Shown piece by piece: positions 57,761 to 64,000 of a DNA stretch of 64,000 bases. Every line of letters starts with the position of its first letter. Position 1 is the first letter of the stretch. Made by a program: the position numbers and the translations under genes. Under the pieces are notes generated by a model. The model worked only from the letters and a program-made list of their open reading frames with translations. It did not search any database and had not been told where the DNA came from. Origin of the DNA: Ostreococcus lucimarinus (Eukaryota); the NCBI GenBank assembly GCA_000092065.1, contig CP000582.1; one strand, given 5' to 3'.

Positions 57761-60427
57761 ATGTCGAAGATCGCGGTCGAGCGCGCGCTGCCGACGATGT
57801 TCAGCGACCTGACGATGACGGACCCCAAGCACTGGCGGTCGACGCACGCGAGAATCGCGAACGGACCGGTGGTGCCGCAACAACTCATCGGTGGGACGCC
57901 GATGATCGATTTGAGTGAATTCAGTGCGAATCCAAAGGTGAAGATTTATGGCAAGTGCGAGTACTTGAATCCGAGCGGGAGTATTAAGGATCGAATCGCG
58001 CAGGAAATTTTGGCGAGAGCGCTGGAAACGGGAGAGCTGAAGGCGGGGATGACGGTCGTCGCGGCGACGAGTGGGAACACGGGTGCGGCGATTGCGATGG
58101 CGTGTGCGATTCGCGGGTTTCCATACATCGTGATTACGAATCAGAAGACGAGCAAGGAGAAGATTGACGCCATGCGGGCGTATGGGGGGGAGGTCATCGT
58201 CGCACCGAGCGGGGTGCCGGCGGATCACCCGGATCATTATCAAAACATCGAAGCGACGATGTGCGCAAAAAATCCGAAATTTTATGGTGTGAATCAATAC
58301 GACAATCCGTACAACGCGGATGCGTACGAAAAGACACTTGGTCCTGAGATTTGGTCGCAAACCGAAGGGGCGGTGACGCACTTCGTCGCCGGTGGCTCGA
58401 CTGGCGGTACGATCACAGGCACGGGTCGTTATCTTAAGAGTGTCGACCCGACGATTAAAATCGTCTTGGCCGATCCCAAGGGAAGCGTTCTGTGGGATTA
58501 TTTTGTGAACGACATTCCTGAAGAAGAACTCGTGGCGAAGAGTTGGGAAGTCGAGGGTGTGGGTAAAGATTCCATTCCGGGTGTACTCGACACCGAATAC
58601 ATTGACGGCGCCGTCATGGGTGACGACAGTAGTTCCTTCCGCATGGTTCGCACGGTTGCTGAATCTTCTGGTGTCTTGCTCGGTGGTAGCTCCGGTCTAA
58701 ACCTGCACGCTGCTCGCGTGCTCTCGAGTCACATCAAGGAGGGGACCATCGTCACGGTACTGTGCGACAGCGGTGTCAAGTACTTGTCCAAGATCTATAA
58801 CGATGAGTGGCTTCAAGCGAAGAATCTTGACAAACCGTTAGCCGACGTTTCGAAGTACGAAGTCCACTGGAAGAACGGCTCGCATGAAGTAACGGAGGAT
58901 GAAGAAAACGACAGCTTGTGGGGCCGTGAACAGGAAGAGAAAGAACTTCGTTTCCTCGATGAAGTGGCGACGCACATGGTTGAATACCACCGTAACTCGA
59001 TTCGAGCGACGGAACCGGTGAGTGTGTACAACTCTCCCGCCGATCTCCACGCCAGCTTCGAAGAGATGGGCGTTCCACTGAATTTTCGCTCCGGCGAATC
59101 GCCAATTTCCATCAACAATCTTACAACCGCTATGAATGCTGTTTTGGACAACAGTGTGCGAAGCTCGCACCCGATGTTCATGAATCAGCTCTACGCAGGC
59201 GTTGACCCCATCGCGCTCGCGGGCGAATGGGCATCAAGCGCGCTGAACTCAAACGTGCACACCTTTGAAGTAGCACCGATTCTCACCGAAATTGAGCGTT
59301 CAATGCTCGCAAAGATTGCGTCACTCTGGCTTGGAGAGAATGCAGATGGCTCGGCGCCTGATCACGACGGCTTATTTGTACCGGGAGGTTCCATCGCTAA
59401 TCTGTACTCTATGATCTTGGCGCGCGAGCGCGCATGCCCAGAAGCGAAGAAAACCGGAATGCCGCAAGGCTACGTTGCCTTCTGCTCTGAACAATCGCAC
59501 TACTCCTACAAGAAGTGCGCCCACATGATAGGTTTAGGTATGGATAACATGATCAAGGTCGATTGTGGCAAGAATGGTGCCATGCTTCCTGAAGCACTCG
59601 AAGCCGCGATAGCGGCCGCGAAGGCTGCGGGCAAGACACCGTTTTACTGCGGCGCCACGGCGGGGAGCACTGTTTTGGGCGCGTATGACCCGTTTGCTGC
59701 GTTGGCCGACGTGTGTGCCAAAGATAACGTTTGGTTGCACGTCGATGGGGCGTGGGGTGGCGCTGCGCTCGTCTCCAAGCAGCACAAACACTTGATGAAC
59801 GGCGTCGAGCGAGCAGACAGCTTTTGCTGGAACCCGCACAAGCTGTTGGGCATTCCTCTCCAGTGCTCCATCGTTCTGAGTAGACACGCTGGAGAATTCA
59901 TGGCGGCCAATTCTTACAAGGCGGACTACTTGTTCCAGCCCGACAAGAATAACACCGAAGCTGATTTGGGCGATCGCACTATCCAATGCGGCCGCAAGTC
60001 TGACGCGCTCAAATTGTGGCTCGCGTGGAAGTACCGCGGCGACGAAGGTTGGGAAAAACTCGTTGACCACGCCTTCTCTTTGGCCAAGTTCGTCGAAGCA
60101 GAAGTCGTGCAGGACACCACGGGTGCTTGGGCGCTGGCCACACCCGCGCAGTGCGCCAATGTCGGATTCTGGTACGTGCCGCCGCGCCTACGTCCGTTCA
60201 ACAAGGACACCGCGACGCCCGAACAATTCGCGGAAATTGCCAAGGTTGCCCCGAAGCTCAAGGATCGGATGCAACGCGCCGGTGACGCTATGATCGGTTT
60301 CCAACCCGTTCCGGCGCTCAACCTGCCCAACTTTTTCCGTCTCGTATTGCCGAATCCTCGTCACAACAGCGAGACCAAGCTTCGCGAGCTCATGAAGCGC
60401 ATGGACGCGATGGGCGCCGACCTCTGA
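57761..60427 (+). CDS. Bifunctional PLP protein: N-terminal cysteine-synthase/CBS-fold (fold-type II) domain fused to a C-terminal group-II decarboxylase (CSAD/GAD-like) domain
   Basis: N-domain motifs: IGGTPMIDL, KCEYLNPSGSIKDRIA, TSGNTGAAIA, GGSTGGTITG. C-domain: the NPHKLLGIPLQCS PLP-lysine motif, SIANLYSMILARE, and overall CSAD/GADL1/GAD similarity. The track ORF starts at 57134 in Arg-rich sequence overlapping the 3' end of the upstream gene; ATG 57761 (MSKIAVERAL) is chosen. No stop lies between the two domains. Confidence 0.85.
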   Translation: MSKIAVERALPTMFSDLTMTDPKHWRSTHARIANGPVVPQQLIGGTPMIDLSEFSANPKVKIYGKCEYLNPSGSIKDRIAQEILARALETGELKAGMTVVAATSGNTGAAIAMACAIRGFPYIVITNQKTSKEKIDAMRAYGGEVIVAPSGVPADHPDHYQNIEATMCAKNPKFYGVNQYDNPYNADAYEKTLGPEIWSQTEGAVTHFVAGGSTGGTITGTGRYLKSVDPTIKIVLADPKGSVLWDYFVNDIPEEELVAKSWEVEGVGKDSIPGVLDTEYIDGAVMGDDSSSFRMVRTVAESSGVLLGGSSGLNLHAARVLSSHIKEGTIVTVLCDSGVKYLSKIYNDEWLQAKNLDKPLADVSKYEVHWKNGSHEVTEDEENDSLWGREQEEKELRFLDEVATHMVEYHRNSIRATEPVSVYNSPADLHASFEEMGVPLNFRSGESPISINNLTTAMNAVLDNSVRSSHPMFMNQLYAGVDPIALAGEWASSALNSNVHTFEVAPILTEIERSMLAKIASLWLGENADGSAPDHDGLFVPGGSIANLYSMILARERACPEAKKTGMPQGYVAFCSEQSHYSYKKCAHMIGLGMDNMIKVDCGKNGAMLPEALEAAIAAAKAAGKTPFYCGATAGSTVLGAYDPFAALADVCAKDNVWLHVDGAWGGAALVSKQHKHLMNGVERADSFCWNPHKLLGIPLQCSIVLSRHAGEFMAANSYKADYLFQPDKNNTEADLGDRTIQCGRKSDALKLWLAWKYRGDEGWEKLVDHAFSLAKFVEAEVVQDTTGAWALATPAQCANVGFWYVPPRLRPFNKDTATPEQFAEIAKVAPKLKDRMQRAGDAMIGFQPVPALNLPNFFRLVLPNPRHNSETKLRELMKRMDAMGADL

Positions 60428-60649
60428 GTGCGGTCATCCGTCTCTATTTAAACGCACAATAAGCCCACCGTGGGCAACATATTACACGACAATATCACGG
60501 GTTGAAGTCATTATTCGTTTAAATCGTTGTCTTATTAAATCGTTGTCTGGTTGTCAATACAAAACACATCCAAGTTTTGTCGCTTAGCTTCGCGCGCCGT
60601 CGTTTGAACTCGGAACGACAGACGCCAGCGCATCCGTCTCGCCCTCGCC

Positions 60650-62061
60650 ATGGTTCGCGTCAAAACCATCGAAATCGCGTGGCACAACGTCGAGAAAACA
60701 AACGTACGCGCGCATCGCGCCCTCGCCGCGCGCATCGCGCGTCGCATTCGTCGCACTAACGTCTCGTCGTCGTCACTTTTCGAACGCAGCAACCGATTCT
60801 TTCGGTCGATTTTAATCCCCGCACGGGCGCGTTGGCGACCGCGGGCGCGGATAACGAGATCAAACTCTGGCGCGTGGACCGATCGATCGATGGTGAGGTG
60901 ACGGTGACGCACACGGAGACGCTGACGGGACACGCCAAGGCGGTGAACTGCTGTCGGTTTAGCGCGAACGGTCGAGCGTTGGCGAGCGCGGGAGACGCGG
61001 GAGACGTGTACGTGTGGCGAGAGGTGGACGTGGGGTCGACGACGGTCAATTCGCACGGAGACGTTGTCGGGTGGAAGCCGATGAAGACGCTGCGCGGGCA
61101 CTCGGACGATGCGTTGAGCGTCTGCTGGGGACCGAGGGAGACGCTGGCGAGCGCTTCGGTGGATAACACGACGATTTTATGGGATTGCGAGAGTGGTAAC
61201 GGTGTGGTGCAGTTGCGCGAACACGCGCATTACGTGCAGGGAGTGAGTTATGATCCGCGGGGGGAGTTTATAGTCTCGCAGAGTCCCGATCGAACCGCAC
61301 AAGTGTACGCCGTTGTCGGCGGCGGTAAGCCGTCGGCGAAGAGCGTGAAACACGTGCGGGCGATTAAGGCGATTAACGACACGAATGAGAGAGTCGATGG
61401 CGGGCGCATGGCGTCAATCTTTCACGACGACTCTATGACGTCGTTTTTCCGCCGCCCGGCCTGGTCACCAGATGGTTCGTTCGTAGTGTTTCCGGCTGGA
61501 GTGTTCAAACGCCCGGGCGCCAAGCGAGCCATGCATACGACGTATGTCTACGCTCGTGGGAACTTTGAAACGCCCGTCATGCACTTACCAGGCGGCGAGA
61601 CGCCATCTGTGTGTGTTAGATTCAATCCTGTGCTGTTCAAGCGTCGAAAAGACGCCGCTGATCCTACGACACCGTCAGACTTGCCGTATCGCGTCGTCTT
61701 CGCGGTGTGCTCGCAAGACGGCGTCACGATCTACGACACCGATGAAACCGAACCGATCGTGTACGTCGCTGGTATCCACTGCACGTCTATCACAGACTGC
61801 GCATGGTCCCCGGATGGTGGAATGCTTGTCGTGAGTAGCACGGACGGTTTCGCGAGCGTCGTCGCCTTCGATGAAGGCGAGCTTGGCGCGCCAGAGACTA
61901 ACATCCCCGAACACGTGAAGTCTTTGCTAGCGTCGTCGAGGATAGGAGAAAGCGTGCCCGATGAAGTTGTCGTTGTTGCGCCGGCGGTACCCAATCCGGT
62001 AGCCGCTGGACCGGGACCGACGAGAATCGCGCCAGTGCGCATCGCGCCGACGCCCATGTAG
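60650..62061 (+). CDS. CHAF1B: Chromatin assembly factor 1 subunit B (CAF-1 p60, WD40); two exons (exon 1 60650..60703; intron 60704..60789; exon 2 60790..62061)
   Basis: Exon 2 is colinear with CAF1B (ADNEIKLWRV..., TGHAKAVNCCRFSANG..., LRGHSDDALSVCWGP..., ASASVDNTTILWD..., MFHDDSMTSFFRRPAWSPDGS..., LPYRVVFAVCSQDGV..., SSTDGFASVVAFDEGELG). The track start at 60832 is a TTG. The upstream ATG ORF (MVRVKTIEIAWHN...) matches the CAF1B N-terminus (MKVITCEIAWHN). Intron: GTACGC donor, ACTAAC branch point 27 nt before the CAG acceptor. Confidence 0.8.
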
Positions 62062-62257
62062 AACTTAGGACACAATTTGATGCTTCACGATTTCATTCGA
62101 ATTAAAAGGTACAAATGTCGTGAGACTTTCTAAAAAGTTGAGCGCTAACCGAGCCTGGTCAGCGTCTCCCCCCTCGTTATGATTTCAGAACTAAAACTGT
62201 TGAACATGATGCGCGTGCCAGCGCTCGAAACATTTAACACTTGCACGAGTGATTTTT

Positions 62258-64000
62258 TTAGAACGTGGCGTTCCAATCGCTCGTCTTTACACGCGTCGAT
62301 CGACGCGTTGGCGTCGTCGGTGCGCTTAGATGACCCCCGACGGATCCATTAACCAAAAGACATTTTTTCCCGTTACCACCGTAGCCAAGAGCGCACCCAA
62401 CAGAAGACACAAAGTTTTTCACCAACGCGCCCGCCTTGGCCGCCGCCGCTCCCATCGGAGACTTCAAATGAGGGTCGGATTGCGGCAAGACAGACTCGTT
62501 CGGAACAACGATTTGCGCGACGTCGAACTCAGTTTTCTCAACCGAACGACGGGGAGGAGACGCGAGGGCATCCGGCGCAGGTCTGTTCGCGCCAGATTTC
62601 TTCACGGGTTCCTCCTTTTTAATCGCACGTTCCTTTGTGCTTTCGCTGATAATTTTCTTCTTCTTGGGCACAACGCACGTGCTGGGATCGTACTGAACGA
62701 CGTCCCACCCGTGCGCTAAGAGCTCATCGAGCGGATCAAACGTAATCGTCAGAGGTAGTGAGACGGCATCGTCCATCGCCGCCTGGACGCGGCGACGACG
62801 CTTTGTCGCAGCCGGATTGAAACACGGTCTGCGGCGTCGCTTCCTCTGCGCTTCAGCTTGCTCTGCTCTAAGCGCTCTCTCTTTTTGCTGCCTCGAGACG
62901 GCCTGAAGATTGAAACAGAATAAATAAGCGAGTTGCTCAGATTCCGTGGCAAGTTCGGGACGCTCTCTCAGCCGCAACGGAGGCACTGGATCAAAGCGCG
63001 AAAGCAAAGGTTTCCCTCCGTTTTTCCATCGCATGTTGAGCCAGTACCGGTAGATCTTGCAAAACACCGCAAGAGAGGGTGCTTTTTTGTTGATCTTGAA
63101 TATTTTGTCGTTTATTTGGTTAACGATTTTGACTGCGTTCTTGAGCTCACTCTTGCCTCCAGTCGGGGGGCGCGGCACACGGGCGCCGCGAGCGATAAAC
63201 ATAGATTTACCGCCGCGACGCGTCATACCCACATGGGCGCGGGTGCCGAGATCACTGCTCTTTACGTTTTCCGACGGTTGACGAACCGTATTCGTCGCAT
63301 ACTGACGTTCGATGAGATCGTCGGCAGACTGCGTCGACGAATTGTCGTCACCGTTTTCCGATGGAACGCCGTCCGAAGGAGACGCTCGCTTCTGCAAGAA
63401 TTGAACGCTCCCACTCGGTGTCAACGGTGCCGCGGCCGTTTCCGATGAGCTTTGATTGGATCGTTCGTCATTCAAATCGAATGGGTTCCAGTTTTCAGCC
63501 TCAGCCTTGAGGTTAACGAGTTGACCGTCGCCCAACTGTGCGTTCGACGCCCAGTGCAAAACATCCTCAAGCTTCCCCTCCGCGGTGTTGGCCGAGTTGA
63601 AGATGTTGCCGAGTACGGTTTGCGCCGCCTGCTCTTGCGTTGGCATCGCAGACGCCGCCCAAGACGTTTCCTCAAAGACGTCGAAGAGCTTCTCCAAGTG
63701 TTCTGGACGCATGTAGTTGGCGTTCGGCGTCGTCGTGCACACCTCCGATCCCTTGCCTTCAAGTGGCTCGTCAGCATTCATGTGTTCGAGCCACTTGAAA
63801 TCCGCTGCCGTGGCCTCGTACATGGACGCCGCCGTGCCCGGGCCGAATCGGTGAAGTTGATGATCCGGCGCTTGCTGACGCAAATACTTGGCCGGTTGTC
63901 TGAATCCGCCGGCGTGCAACGCTTCGTAATCCGACACAACGTTGAAGTTCGGAACGTGAATGTTTGCCTTTGGCGCGAAGTAATCGCGCGCGGGCTTCTG
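62258..64000 (-). CDS. Enhancer-of-polycomb-like (EPcA-domain) chromatin protein, 5'-truncated at the window edge
   Basis: The frame is open to nt 64000, and the track 'M' at 63937 is a GTG. The N-terminal region (…IHVPNFNVVSDYEALHAGGFRQPAKYLR...YEATAADFKWLEHMN...MRPEHLEKLFDVFE) matches the EPcA pattern of Epl1/EPC proteins. The family call is moderate. Confidence 0.5.
   Translation of the reverse strand, partial: QKPARDYFAPKANIHVPNFNVVSDYEALHAGGFRQPAKYLRQQAPDHQLHRFGPGTAASMYEATAADFKWLEHMNADEPLEGKGSEVCTTTPNANYMRPEHLEKLFDVFEETSWAASAMPTQEQAAQTVLGNIFNSANTAEGKLEDVLHWASNAQLGDGQLVNLKAEAENWNPFDLNDERSNQSSSETAAAPLTPSGSVQFLQKRASPSDGVPSENGDDNSSTQSADDLIERQYATNTVRQPSENVKSSDLGTRAHVGMTRRGGKSMFIARGARVPRPPTGGKSELKNAVKIVNQINDKIFKINKKAPSLAVFCKIYRYWLNMRWKNGGKPLLSRFDPVPPLRLRERPELATESEQLAYLFCFNLQAVSRQQKERALRAEQAEAQRKRRRRPCFNPAATKRRRRVQAAMDDAVSLPLTITFDPLDELLAHGWDVVQYDPSTCVVPKKKKIISESTKERAIKKEEPVKKSGANRPAPDALASPPRRSVEKTEFDVAQIVVPNESVLPQSDPHLKSPMGAAAAKAGALVKNFVSSVGCALGYGGNGKKCLLVNGSVGGHLSAPTTPTRRSTRVKTSDWNATF

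Noticed and set aside
1-64000. Prokaryotic operon / defence-island interpretation of the window
   Set aside because: The gene content is overwhelmingly eukaryotic-nuclear (exportin-1, condensin, CSB, CAF-1, APC4, crooked neck, NAF1, prenylation enzymes). Spliceosomal introns with branch points are present. There are no RBS-spaced co-directional gene blocks and no phage or defence hallmarks.

Overview
This window is a compact, very GC-rich (about 65%) nuclear-type eukaryotic region with long ORFs and a few short GT..AG introns. The gene content points to a green-lineage picoalga (Mamiellophyceae-like, perhaps Micromonas); I cannot confirm this without a database. The pointers are two class-C flavodiiron (FlvA/FlvB-type) genes, a plastid-type chorismate synthase with an R/S/T/A-rich presequence, a P2X-receptor homologue, a MUT9-like CK1 kinase, and a giant protein with DUF285/BspA-type repeats. 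I find no rRNA, tRNA, CRISPR array or transposon.

I annotate 32 protein-coding genes. Four are new two-exon models: exportin-1, a PDCD5-like gene, CAF-1 p60 and a small charged protein. The ORF track uses TTG/GTG as starts. It also reports many long Arg/Ser/Pro-rich antisense ORFs that are artefacts of GC3 bias, so I moved several starts to the first plausible ATG.

Findings most worth follow-up:
- A single polypeptide fusing a cysteine-synthase/CBS-fold PLP domain to a CSAD/GAD-like decarboxylase, a candidate one-protein cysteate/taurine-type sulfonate synthase.
- A roughly 2,400-aa multi-pass membrane protein carrying about 45 tandem DUF285 (Mycoplasma/BspA-type) repeats arranged in two super-repeats.
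- A P2X channel with a C-terminal FHA-like domain.
- A nuclear, presequence-bearing tRNA 2-selenouridine synthase (SelU) homologue.
- Two flavodiiron paralogues within 9 kb of each other.
- Consistent intron signals (GTRCG donor, ACTGAC/ACTAAC branch point about 25-35 nt before CAG) that correct several gene models.

All coordinates I derived by hand could be off by 1 nt.
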